DNA of 63,935 bases, filler included, from Octopus bimaculoides (GCF_001194135.2; 8 parts of 7 records of this genome joined end to end with filler, not necessarily neighbours in it), one strand, 5' to 3'. Positions 12,691-24,714 are shown, counted from the first letter of the whole stretch. The notes: generated by a model not told the origin, from the sequence alone. Numbers and translations: made by a program.

Positions 12691-12963
12691 CATAAAATAT
12701 CTGTCGTAGATTTTGCTATTCCATTGTTGAAGAGGTCGTTGAAAGAATGGTGAGAAACCACCACCACCAGGTCTTCTTGCTTTTATGTTGAATTCATTTC
12801 GTGTTTGTATTCTGAGCAGAAGTAAAATGAAATCTTTGTATTTTTTTGTATTTCTGTTTATACTGCTTCTCCAAATTAAGTTTATAATTTAGTGAGAAAT
12901 GAAATTCATTTGCTATTCTGAGAGGAATGCATACTATTATTTTCTTTCTAGAGACTTCCACTC

Positions 12964-12996
<33 letters not shown>

Positions 12997-13929
12997 CCCC
13001 CTCTCTCTCTCTCTCTCACTCTCTGTGCTTGTGTGCGTGTGTGTACGTGAGTGTGTGTATGTGCGTGCGTGTATATGTGTGTGTATGTTTGTATGTACGT
13101 ATCATATGTCGTCTTTTGACATATATAGAATTACATTGTCAAACAAGTGCTTTCCTAATAAGAGATAGCTAAGTTGATTTGATTAGAGGGTAAATTTGAC
13201 TGTTATTTATAATGGGGCAAGTGTTGGTGTTTTGTGTAAAAAGGTTTATGGGCTACTTAGGGAATGTGCGATTGATTTGGGGAGCAAGGGCTGGCAGTGT
13301 TTCAGTTACATATATAAATATGCAAATATTATCCCCATTATAGTTACTGAACCCCATTCTTTCCTTGTGTAACATAAATCTGCGAGTATTTACTTCCAGC
13401 TGGGTTACTTTTGTCGCAGATAATCCAACTGAATGATATTTTAGAGGATGGAATTGTTAATTCGACATTTTATACCAAAACTGGATAGCTAGGTACTGCA
13501 TTTTCTCAGGCCTCTAACTTACAGGGTAGATGACACCCGCCAGTATAGCCTTCGGTGTCTCAAAGATACAGACGGCTTCTCACTTCGATATGGTAGCAGC
13601 ACAAATGAGGGGACATTACTTGGAAGGATGACAGCCTCATTTTCCTGAAGATGATTTATACTTTCATCCTATTGGTTGAATTAAATCACATAAAACAATG
13701 TACATATATCAGTTTTAATGGAACAAGTTAGTCGCTTAAATTACTGCTTTCCTTGAATATAAAACTGCCGTTGTTTGCCATTTATTTGACATCTCTTGTA
13801 ATCACAACTTTAAAACTAAATTACTGCTATATTCCTTGAATATAGCTATAGTAAAATTACTGCTATATTTCTTTGAATACAGAATTATCGTTGTATGCAA
13901 TCTATTTGTCGTCTCTTGCGGTCACAATA

Positions 13930-16630
13930 AGAGTACTATTCTTTGACCGAATTCTTCCCAGTGCTACGTAAAGCTGTCCAGTTGAGAAGAATGGGAGTTG
14001 GTAAATAAACTCTAATCTTGACAATGCCCTTGTTAAAGGTGATGGTCAATACATGTACCGGGAGAAATTGCTTTCTTGGAACCTCAAAAGGAAATTCTGA
14101 CTCTTGGTTTATAATGCGGTACGTTCAGGCAATCTGTGTGACATCCCAAAGGAATTTTGATCTCAATGACACGGCCCTTAAGATTGGTTAAGTTATACTG
14201 TGTTTTGTTGCCATTGCTATTTTGAAGATTTGACTCCACGATAGCATTAACTTTGTCTCTATTTCTAAAGAGATTGTTATATCGCACGTTCGGATGACCT
14301 CAACTCAACTACTCCGACGTCTAGACTTCTCCCTCTATATCTACGCATTGGGCTAGCCTACTTCATCTTCTGGGGGCGTCCACACAACAGAGATGTAAGA
14401 TGAGAATCCTGAAAGTTGAGATGATTGATGAATTCTATCAGACAGAGTGTCTACTTGCCCAGTTTGTGAGGGCTCTTGTTAAATCTCTCCCAGATCTAGA
14501 AAATATTACTTCATGTACCAGTTGACAGACGAAAGCCCGAGCAACCAACTATATAGAGCTTTGTTGTTTCTCCAGCAAATTTATTATTACATCTTCACAC
14601 AGACCCGTCGGGTTGTCTACATCCAGTTGCAGATCGAAGGTATATCAATCTTAAACTCCACAATGTCTCGTTCATATTTAATTTTTCCACTTCCAGGGTT
14701 TGTAATTACTGCACAGGTATATCGCTTCTTCAGCCCTATTATCCGCGATCACCTACTGATTGATATATTAAGTTTCAGGTTCTCCATGATGCCACAAATT
14801 TCGAATAGCATCATTACTGCCTGTACAGTTGTTGGTTTATGATAAATCACTAGCAAATTCTGTTTCTAGTCAACGACAAGGAGTACAATTCTCTTCAACC
14901 CCAAATACTTGTTCACTACTTCTAATGTCTGACAAGTTACAATCAAAATACTTGAAAACGTTCTTCAAACCCAGTGGTTCTTAACCATTTTCTTGTAACG
15001 CTTCCCCTCATCCCACTTTAAGTAGTTGTTATATCTAGCGCTCCACTAAGTGGCAAGTGAGGTATCACGACTAAACTAACTAAACATGGAGGATAATTTA
15101 TAAGCTTTACTCTAAAAATGGATTGTAAACGCTTTTAACAGCGAAATGATAAAAAATTGATGAAGACAAAAGTTGTAAATTTACTTTATACATTGCAAGT
15201 TAATAATTTTCCTGTGTCACTTGGAATCAAGCTAAATTGAATCAAGGAATGATTCCTCTTGGAATCAAGCAACTGCGTAGAATCTACACAATCGCTCGAA
15301 CAGCTAGAAATAGCAACACACTGCTTATCTCTCATTGTATTTTAATAGCCATTACTAGTTTTATCATGTATAATATAATTACTACTATAGGTAAAATTTA
15401 ATACGTTATGTTACCTCACCGCCTTCTAAAGGTGATATACCCAGTCCCCCCCCCCTTTAAGGGAGAGAGGCACTGTCCCCATTGAGAACCTCTGTTCTAA
15501 CCTATGGCGAATAGGTCAACTTATTGCATCAGCTTTTCTGTTGTATCCTGCTTGGTGAAGGAGCATTTTTGAATCATCAGTTATATTTGAGACACTTGGA
15601 ATGTAGTGTGCGCCTTTTATTCAGGAAAGTTGCTGCAATCCCAAACAATAGCAATCTTTTTTCTGAGGTTCCAGGTAGTCAAGCAATAAGCATATATGTT
15701 ATTGATGCTACAACTCAGATTTAAACAGAATATTTTGCTCTGATTCTCATTTACTGAGCTGGCTATATTTCCAAACATCAACCATTATTCAGAATTTAAT
15801 GATTGCCACTTTCGTATGTGTTTCAAGCTGCATGACGTCAAACTCCATCTTCTCCCTCAGGATGTTGGACACTTCTGCTATTTCGACAATGTTTGGGTTT
15901 GGCCGTGTAAGTCAAATCCATGGAACTTGAACCGTTCACAATCTTAAGCGTGAGTTTCGACTTTATTCTTTTTTTTTTACATATCTTCATCCAACCAAGA
16001 CGCGTTGCAGAAACGCACAATTAACGTGAGAGTCATAGCTCAAGGAGAAAAGGCGATTGTATGGTACAGTCTAATGGTTGTCAAATATTATTTCCTGATT
16101 TTCATTGGCTCGATTGTACGTTTGTAACCTCACTGATCAGCAAATCTCCACCGATATTCCGAATATGAATTCTCACCCTCACCCACAATCGTGAACTTTC
16201 TAATTGGTTGCGAGGAATTCCCTGAGTAATGTCAGCTTTGATTACACCCATCCATGAAAGGGTTATTCGGACAGCTGTGCCCACATGTTGTTTTAATGAT
16301 GGCGGAATGTAGCTTCGGATTTTTCTTGTCGCGATTACAATGGCATATCACCTTGCTGTCGAGCTCAAGTGGCTTTGGCATGCTTTCATCTTCCATAATG
16401 ATGATAATGTAGGCGTGGGTTAGCTTCCACATCTGCCACTCAGCTGTACCTGAATTGCTATTAGCTTTGCTAAACAATCACTCTCTTTTGAATAACATCC
16501 AACAAACTAGTTTGTGTCTGATTCTGAAAACTTGTGCACACAAATCGACCACTTCTCTAAACACCTCTTCAGGATTAAGAACAGCTTTGATTTCAGAATA
16601 CTTAGGATTAGTGAGACTGGAATTCTATAA
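13930..16630 (-). mobile_element. Decayed Helitron RepHel remnant (HUH Rep plus PIF1-like helicase), interrupted by a hAT MITE
   Basis: At 16230-16620 the minus strand gives NPKYSEIK..VDLCAQVFRIRHK..EWQMWKLTHAYIIIIM..KVICHC..NPKLH..CGHSCPNNPFMDG, like Helitron NPKWPEI..PDLVARVF..EFQKRGLPHAHILL..HGPCG.NPNSPCM. Near 15900: GFDLHGQ..HPEGE. At 13940-14450: IEFINHLNF, NL..NGNKT..RVIEIKIPLGCH, SEFPFEVPRKQFLPVHVLTITFNK..VYLPTP, like helicase PRI..PF..KRxQFPVRLAFAMTINK..YLPxPVF. Many stops and frameshifts. Confidence 0.72.
14972..15494. mobile_element. hAT (Charlie-like) MITE, 523 bp
   Basis: Inverted termini CAGTGGTTCTTAA and TTGAGAACCTCTG. 8-bp target duplication TTCAAACC (14964-71) and TTCTAACC (15495-502), with one mismatch. 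Confidence 0.8.
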
Positions 16631-16654
16631 CAGATAATATTTCAATCAATGATC

Positions 16655-16865
16655 AAAGGTGCTGAGCTGACAGAATCACTAGCACGCCGGGAAAAATGCC
16701 TTAGCAGCATTTCGTCCGTCTTTACGTTCTGAGTTCAAACGCCGCCGAGATCAGCTTTGCCTTTCATTCCTTCGGGGTTGATTAAAGAGTACCAGTTGAA
16801 CACTGGAGTTGAACCCTAACCCTACCCTCAAAAATGCTGTCCGTGTGCGAAAACTTGAAACCAAT
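16655..16865 (+). mobile_element. SINE family B
   Basis: GAGCTGACAGAATCACTAGCACGCCGGG..GAGTTCAAACGCCGCCGAG..GCCTTTCATTCCTTCGGGGTTGAT..GTACCAG. Confidence 0.85.
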
Positions 16866-16985
16866 ATTTTAACCAACGGTTAACGGACGCCTCATATATT
16901 TTAAGCACCTCTAACTTAATACACACGCGCACACACTTACATATATGTATATTACTGTTTCTTTTTATATATATAGTCAAACATA

Positions 16986-17371
16986 GTGGAGGCGCAATGG
17001 CCTAGTGGTTAGGGCAGCGGACTCGCGGTCATAGGATCGCGGTTTCGATTCCCAGACCGGCCGTTGTGAGTGTTTATTGAGCGAAAACACCTAAAGCTCC
17101 ACGAGGCTCCGGCAGAGGATGGTGGTGACCCCTGCCGTACTCTTTCACCACAACTTTCTCTCACTCTTACTTCCCGTTTCTGTTGTGCCTGTAATTCAAA
17201 GGGTCAGCCTTGTCATACTCTGTGTCACGCTGAATATCCCCGAGAACTACGTTAAGGGTACACGTGTCTGTGGAGTGCTCAGCCACTTGCACGTTAATTT
17301 CACGAGCAGGTTGTTCCGTTGATCGGATCAACTGGAGCCCTCGACGTCGTAAGCGACGGAGTGCCAACAAC
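16986..17371 (+). mobile_element. SINE family D, full length with 13-bp TSD
   Basis: A box TGGCCTAGTGG (16998-17008), B box GGTTTCGATTCCC (17041-53) and a (CAA)n end. Perfect flanking duplication ATAGTCAAACATA at 16973-85 and 17372-84. Confidence 0.92.
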
Positions 17372-17741
17372 ATAGTCAAACATAAATAGTCAAGCATTAA
17401 CTAAAGGACGTTTCAATATATTGTAAGTAGAGTATTACATTTATTTTTACAATATAAAGGTTGTTTCGCTGGTAGTTGGCTCCGACAGGCTGTAATATTT
17501 TCTTGGGGGTTTTCAAGCATTCCATATGAATATTTCTATTTCATTTATACATTTTTGGTATAAGATTTTTGTGGAGTTTGGTTGCAATGTAGGTGTGATT
17601 AAATCATGTGTTTTTGTGATATAGGTGGAGGGGGAAAAAAGCATTTTTATGGATTGTTCGATTGAGTAAACGAGTTAATATATTTAAATTGCTATATATT
17701 TATATACCATAATGAAGTTAAGATTTTTAAATATTTGTACA

Positions 17742-17870
17742 TAAGAAGAAGAAAAAGAAGAAGAAGAAGAAGAAGAAGAAGAAGAAGAAGAAGAAGAAGA
17801 AGAAGAAGAAGAAGAAGAAGAAGAAGAAGAAGAAGAAGAAGAAGGTGATGGTGATGGTGATGATGATGAT
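17742..17870. repeat. (GAA)n followed by (GGT/GAT)n microsatellite
   Basis: Long pure AAG run. Confidence 0.97.
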
Positions 17871-18100
17871 GGAAGGGGAGGAATGATTGGAGGAGAAAAA
17901 GAGAAGGAGGAACAGGAAGGATAAAAGAAGAAAAGAAGGGGAAACAATGAATGTTTACAGATGTTGGAGGGAAAAAACAAAAAGGGCAAAAGAATGTTGG
18001 TTTCAAATTTTGGTACAAAGCCTGCAATTTCAAGGAAGAGGTACTTGACTGGTACCTACTTTCCCGACCCCGAAAAAAATGAAAGACAAAAAGAGTCGAT

Positions 18101-18502
18101 AAGCGCAGGAGTGGCTGCGTGGTAAGTAGCTTGCTTACCAACCACATGGTTCCGGGTTCAGTCCCATTGCGTGGCACCTTGGGCAAGTGTCTTCTACTAA
18201 AGCCTTGGGCCGACCAAAGCCTTGTGAATGGATTTGGTTGATGGAAACTGGAAGAAGCTCATCGTATATATGTATATGTATATATATATGTGTGTTTGTG
18301 TGTCTGTGTTTGTCCCCTCAACATCGCTTGACAACCGATGCTGGTGTGTTTACAGCCCCGTAACTTAGCGGTTCGGCAAAAGGGACCGATAGAATAAGTA
18401 CTAGGCTTACAAAGAATAAGTCCTGGGGTCGATTTGCTCGACTAAAAGCGGTGCTCCAGCATGACCGCAGTCAATGACTGAAACAAGTAAAAGAGTAAAA
18501 GA
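18101..18502 (+). mobile_element. SINE family A, full length, little diverged
   Basis: GCGCAGGAGTGGCTGCGTGGTAAGTAGC..GGGTTCAGTCCC..GGCACCTTGGGCAAGTGTC..GCGGTGCTCCAGCATGACCGCAGTCAATGACTGAAACAAGTAAAAGAGTAAAAGA. Confidence 0.93.
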
Positions 18503-19120
18503 TTATCGGCGGAATTTATACTCAGAACATAAAGACAAGCTTAACGCCGCTAGACGTTTTTCCCCGGTGTTTCCGCCAGTTCGCCACCTCAGTGCACAAA
18601 AACTACTGAGTTCCAGTTTGGTGGATGTCATTCGCCTTTGTTATGTATATATTGTAAATTGAGATATGTTTGATAAAAGAAATTAAAGTGAGGTTTATAT
18701 ATTATTGTTTGGAATTATCCAAGGATACATGTAAACACAGGTGAAAAAGGTCAGATTTGCAAGCGTGCACAGGTCAAAGACAGGTCCGGTGGTGAAGTTT
18801 GTGCTGAAAGGTCGCGTCCAGGCATATATTAAAATGAGCAAGTGATTTACTTTTAATTACTGGCTATTGTAATTGAAAAGGGTGATTTTAGTAGTAAATG
18901 CTTAAATATATTACAGGATGATGTTATACACACATGTGTACAGCTAGAAAATTCATATACATCCTCGCCTGCTACTGTACATATTTTACAGGTATACACT
19001 CACATGCACAAACACTAACAGATATATAATACGAACATATATACAGTTTACACACACACACACACACTCACACACGCGCGCGCGAACACACATATATACA
19101 TACATGCATGCATACATATT

Positions 19121-19173
<53 letters not shown>

Positions 19174-19430
19174 GAAAACAGAAACGAAGGGGCAAACAGT
19201 TTGGTAATACTTGACAAGAACATTTAGTTTAGCTACATAATAATCACACTGACGAAAACGCCTCCTATATATATATATAGGTATTAAGCCCTTCTAAATG
19301 ATACCTGCTCTGTATATATATATATATATATNNNNNNNNNNNNNNNNNNNNNNNNNNNNNNNNNNNNNNNNNNNNNNNNNNNNNNNNNNNNNNNNNNNNN
19401 NNNNNNNNNNNNNNNNNNNNNNNNNNNNNN

Positions 19431-19640
19431 NATCTATATATGGTAGATCGCTAGCCACTACACATTCTTTTTTACTCTCCTTGTGTCTCGTTTTGTTTCT
19501 GTGTTCCTTTCTGTGGAAGAGCGTAGACTCGAAACGTTAAAGACTTTTTCACTTCCCGAGATGTATACTGATACATCTGTTTTGTTTTCTACACCACCTG
19601 TCTTCGTCTTTTGTTTTTTTGTGAATTCTCCCTATATATA
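19431..19640 (+). mobile_element. Probable Penelope-like terminal repeat (pLTR), copy 1
   Basis: Contains GAAGAGCGTAGACTCGAAACGTTAAAGAC, of the GAAGA..CGAAACGT type seen at PLE termini. A diverged homolog lies at 20925-21110. Confidence 0.5.
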
Positions 19641-19649
19641 TATATTTAG

Positions 19650-20720
19650 AACATGGGGGTTTAGTTCACAGGTGATCGAAACGAATAGGCATGCTGGATA
19701 ATTGCTATAACGGATTTTCAAAGTTCCAAGCACGTAAATGAAACGGGAGCTATGGATCTATTTTAGGTTTCCGATTCAGCAGATATATATACATTTGTGA
19801 AAGAACAATAACTCTCTCCTCGAGTGGGCCATGTTGTCTGGTTCCTGATTTGAATGACTTTGTCATAAAATGCTTTGTAGTACCTGCTTCGACCCTGTAT
19901 CTTCTATGTCTGAATCATGTCGAAGTGAACATTTCTGGGATATTTAAATTAAGCACCGACCAGGTATTGATGTTGGTTTAATCGCTTAAGACTTTCATTT
20001 CAAATTTGTAACCATTTGTGCCGTTGTTAGAGATGAGCATGTTTCCTTTTGCTATTATTTTAAACTTAATGAAGAGAAGTAGAGTGAGGATTACTTATGT
20101 CTCATAAGTTTAGTTGATATAATAAGTATTCTGATGAGTAATTGGCAACTTGTTGACGTGGTATATAATGTTGTTGCTGTTTTTTATCAACTGTGGTTAA
20201 GGCATTCCATGTAATAGGACATTCCACCTATACGCACCTTAACTTATACAGATAGTAATGTATCAAAGACTATATTATCTATCATGTCCTTTCATCTTTT
20301 AAATCTGTAGAGTGAGATTTTAGAAGGATTTGGTTACTGTTACTATCAGGTTCAGTGACCACGTAGTGGCCACTCTCACTGAGTCGAGTTTTAACATTTA
20401 TGATGTGGTCGGGTGAACTAAAGCCCCAACTAGAATGAAATGTCATGAACATAATTACTTTGGAGGCCCAGAGAGATATCCTCTCAAAGTTCACAAACGT
20501 TGTATTTCTTTTTTTCTAGTTCCAGGGAGGGATCAGAGCCCCTATTTAGTTCTCTGACCTTCGGACTTTGTTCTTCAGGGAACGATAAAATAAAGTGCCT
20601 TTGGACAACGAGAGTTGACATAATCGACTGCATTCCCAGCTTTCTCTCTAAAGTGTTAGGACCATATTAGAAGTCGATAGTCCCGCAGCAATGGGCATCA
20701 CGGTAGAGTATTGAAGTGTT
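19650..20720 (-). mobile_element. Possible very decayed Penelope-like element body (RT to GIY-YIG)
   Basis: Only weak scattered motif matches on the minus strand: VCEL*EDISL (cf. EVCELVGLYLL), GPLEE..NVYISAE (cf. CPLxGKCL..NVIYKA) and TLKIRYSNY (cf. TFKxRYxNH). Confidence 0.3.
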
Positions 20721-20924
20721 GCAATACTTTCTATGTTATGGGTTCAAATCTTACCTGGTTCTACTTTTTTTACCCGTGCACTCCCATACATTCACACACA
20801 CATACGCTCACACAATCTTCATACACATTCGCGTGCTTGCGCGCGCACACACACACATACACTTTAGCCAGACCGTTGTTGTTTTCTTTGCCGCCTGCGT
20901 CTCCAACCACTTCCTCTCTTCCGC

Positions 20925-21110
20925 TCTATTCACCACGTGCAGCCATTAATCCGGACATGTTTTTCTTTTCTCCCTCCATGTTTTCTTTCCTCGTTCCGTT
21001 CTGTAGAAGAACAAAGGTTTGAAACGTCAAAGATTTCTTCCTTTTCTCCTGAGCGTCAAACTAAATACTCCGTTTAATTTCCCCTCACCTGTCTTTGACT
21101 TTTTTGTATC
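20925..21110 (+). mobile_element. Probable Penelope-like terminal repeat, copy 2 (diverged)
   Basis: CTGTAGAAGAACAAAGGTTTGAAACGTCAAAGATTTC..CACCTGTCTTTGACTTTTTTGT is colinear with 19431-19640. Confidence 0.5.
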
Positions 21111-21161
21111 ACATGTGTGTGTGTGCGTGTGCGTGTGTTATGTGCGTGCGTGCGTGCGTGC

Positions 21162-21209
<48 letters not shown>

Positions 21210-21664
21210 NNNNNNNNNNNNNNNNNNNNNNNNNNNNNNNNNNNNNNNNNNNNNNNNNNNNNNNNNNNNNNNNNNNNNNNNNNNNNNNNNNNNNNNNNNN
21301 NNNNNNNNNNNNNNNNNNNNNNNNNNNNNNNNNNNNNNNNNNNNNNNNNNNNNNNNNNNNNNNNNNNNNNNNNNNNNNNNNNNNNNNNNNNNNNNNNNNN
21401 NNNNNNNNNNNNNNNNNNNNNNNNNNNNNNNNNNNNNNNNNNNNNNNNNNNNNNNNNNNNNNNNNNNNNNNNNNNNNNNNNNNNNNNNNNNNNNNNNNNN
21501 NNNNNNNNNNNNNNNNNNNNNNNNNNNNNNNNNNNNNNNNNNNNNNNNNNNNNNNNNNNNNNNNNNNNNNNNNNNNNNNNNNNNNNNNNNNNNNNNNNNN
21601 NNNNNNNNNNNNNNNNNNNNNNNNNNNNNNNNNNNNNNNNNNNNNNNNNNNNNNNNNNNNNNNN

Positions 21665-21706
<42 letters not shown>

Positions 21707-21714
21707 AATAAAGA

Positions 21715-21875
21715 TGACGGGCTTCCTTCAATTTTCGTCTACTGAGTTCACTCACAAGGCCTTGGTCGGCCCAGGACTATAGTAGAAGACCACAGCCCAA
21801 AATGTCATGCAGTGGAACCGAACCCGAATTTTGTGTGGTTGGGAAGCAAACTTCTTACCACACAGCCACGGCTAC
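21715..21875 (-). mobile_element. SINE family A, 5' half
   Basis: Reverse complement of GTGGCTGTGTGGTAAGAAGTTTGCTTCCCAACC..GACCAAGGCCTTGTGAGTGAA..GAAGCCCGTC. Confidence 0.8.
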
Positions 21876-22395
21876 ACCTCCACACAGCTAAGCTAGTTTT
21901 TTATTGAGTTAAACTGAAATTGAAAATTTGTTTCGTTACTTGAGTTTCATGATACTGCGACATTCAGGTGAGAACGCAGTGGTGGGAAACTCGAGAGGCA
22001 TAAACTGTTACTTTCGATTTCAATTAAAAAAAGCATCTCCTTGGCAACATGCGTCGAGTACTTCTTTCTTGTTCGTCCGCCATATTTCACATATATATTT
22101 GTGTATGTATGTGTGTGTGTGTGTGTATCGTTATGTATGCACATATATATATATATATATATATACAAGAATAAGGGCAGAGAATCGTCAATTAATAATA
22201 GAATTAATAATTAACAATTCTGCCAAGTAGTTCAGTATGAAAAAAACCTTTATCGGTAAGACTATTTATCATTATAAATATACAGGGATTAGCAATTGAG
22301 TTGCTTCTCCAACATACTGAAAATTTAGAAATAGCAGTCAAAGAACTACTGATTCCAAACTACAAATTTTCTCTAAAGTGGATGGCGATATTTAT

Positions 22396-22495
22396 NNNNN
22401 NNNNNNNNNNNNNNNNNNNNNNNNNNNNNNNNNNNNNNNTTAATTAATTAANNNNNNNNNNNNNNNNNNNNNNNNNNNNNNNNNNNNNNNNNNNN
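22396..22495. other. Artificial scaffold spacer
   Basis: 44N-TTAATTAATTAA-44N. Confidence 0.97.
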
Positions 22496-23345
22496 TCTCA
22501 AATCACACCCTACTGTCTTATGTATGTCTATATGTATGTATGAGCCAACGAGGGACACCTCTACATGGTAGCTAGGCCTGGTAGAAATAGCAGCCAAATC
22601 TCCCTCAAATCACACCCTACTGTCTTATGTATGTCTATATGTATGTATGAGCCAATGAGGGACACCTCTACATGGTAGCTAGACCTGGTAGAAATAGCAG
22701 CTAAATCTCCCTGTTATGTATGTATGAGCCAACGAGGGACACCTCTACATGGTAGCTAGGCCTGGTAGAAATAGCAGCCAAATCTCCCTCAAATCACACC
22801 CTACTGTCTTATATATGTATGNNNNNNNNNNNNNNNNNNNNNNNNNNNNNNNNNNNNNNNNNNNNNNNNNNNNNNNNNNNNNNNNNNNNNNNNNNNNNNN
22901 NNNNNNNNNNNNNNNNNNNNNNNNNNNNNNNNNNNNNNNNNNNNNNNNNNNNNNNNNNNNNNNNNNNNNNNNNNNNNNNNNNNNNNNNNNNNNNNNNNNN
23001 NNNNNNNNNNNNNNNNNNNNNNNNNNNNNNNNNNNNNNNNNNNNNNNNNNNNNNNNNNNNNNNNNNNNNNNNNNNNNNNNNNNNNNNNNNNNNNNNNNNN
23101 NNNNNNNNNNNNNNNNNNNNNNNNNNNNNNNNNNNNNNNNNNNNNNNNNNNNNNNNNNNNNNNNNNNNNNNNNNNNNNNNNNNNNNNNNNNNNNNNNNNN
23201 NNNNNNNNNNNNNNNNNNNNNNNNNNNTTATGTATGTATGAGCCAACGAGGGACACCTCTACATGGTAGCTAGGCCTGGTAGAAATAGCAGCCAAATCTC
23301 CCTCAAATCACACCCTACTGTCTTATATATGTATGTATGTGTGAG
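22496..23345. repeat. 107-bp tandem repeat (minisatellite), partly collapsed in an N gap
   Basis: Unit AATCACACCCTACTGTCTTATGTATG..GAGCCAACGAGGGACACCTCTACATGGTAGCTAGGCCTGGTAGAAATAGCAGCCAAATCTCCCTCA starts at 22501 and 22608. One shortened unit follows, and the repeat resumes after the gap at 23228. Confidence 0.93.
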
Positions 23346-23411
23346 CCAATGAGAGAAACATGAAAAGACATCAACACTAGTTGTCAAGTAGAGGTCAGAC
23401 AAATACAGACA

Positions 23412-23447
<36 letters not shown>

Positions 23448-24187
23448 CTTACAGACATCACCACACAGAAACAGGCATACAAATATATATCTAATGACAT
23501 ATACACATAAAATTTAAAAGAGAGAGAAACCACTCCAGGGCTAATACGTCCTACAAGACCCAAGAAAGTGAGTCAGACAGAGAGCTGTGGCTCAAAAGCT
23601 TTGGAATAAAATCAGAAATAATGTGTCTGACTTTTAGCTGTGCAAAATGACTAACAAACCAGAAAAGAATATAAAAGTAAAAAGAAAATGGAAAACAAAA
23701 ATGATGTTAAGAATCTTCCAGCTTCAGGCCAAAATGAAAGACACTTGACCATAGCAGTACAAGATGGGATTGAACATGTACAGCCATGCATGTGTAACAA
23801 ACATCATCGTAACCACTCAGCCATGTCTATACACCTGTGCACCCCACCACCCAAACTCAAACAGGTGTCTTACTAGAAGGACATTTTCTATGGTGATATT
23901 AGAGTAAGAGTGGGAGGTGGGGAGGTGGTATATAAGGGATGAAAATGTAGGGGTGGCATATAAGGGATGTGCTGGGAACTAGCAGTCCTACATCTGTCCA
24001 TACCCATATGAATACCCTTGTAATTGGTTCTATGACTACCCAACTGTGTCTTTTCACCTACATACCTGACATAGTTCCCACTCAACAGGGAAACACATAC
24101 ACACATATATACATAGGTCAATAGATATCTATATCTATAACTATTTATCTCTCTATCATCTATATATATACATATATACACAAACAT

Positions 24188-24252
<65 letters not shown>

Positions 24253-24409
24253 CACACATGTATATATACACACATACAAACACACACATTCTAACTCACC
24301 TCAACAAACTCATGCTTACAAAGTCACTCATGTTTCCACACTCATACACAGAGCAAAAGAAAAGAATCCCTTCAAAGAACCTGAGGGTCACATGGAGTCC
24401 CTGTTCAGG

Positions 24410-24670
24410 TGTTCTTCTATACTTTTACTTATTTCGGTAATTTGACTGCGACCATGCTGGAGCACTACCTCAAGGGGTTTTTTTAGACGAAGAAATCGAC
24501 CCCAGTGACTGGCACCAGTGACTTTGCAATTGATTTCTACAGCTGAGTGAACTGTAGCAACATGGAATAAAGTGTCTTGCTCAAGAACATAACACACAGC
24601 CTGGTCCAGCAATTGAACTCACAACCTCATGATAGTGAGCCCAACACTCAAACCACTGAGCCATGTGCCT
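24410..24670 (-). mobile_element. CORE-SINE head joined to a SINE A tail
   Basis: 24500-24670 is a CORE head (TGTTCTTGAGCAAGACACTTTATTCCATGTTGCTACAGTTCACTCAGCTGTAGAAAT on the minus strand). 24410-24500 is a family A tail. Confidence 0.75.
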
Positions 24671-24714
24671 CAACATATATACATATATCAACACGTATAT
24701 ACATATATATGATA

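Noticed and set aside
16986-17060. tRNA gene
   Set aside because: Has A and B boxes but no complete cloverleaf or acceptor stem. It continues into a 386-bp TSD-flanked SINE. All other tRNA-like heads here are also SINE heads.
22496-23345. CRISPR-like array
   Set aside because: Contiguous tandem units without unique spacers, in a eukaryotic context with no cas genes.
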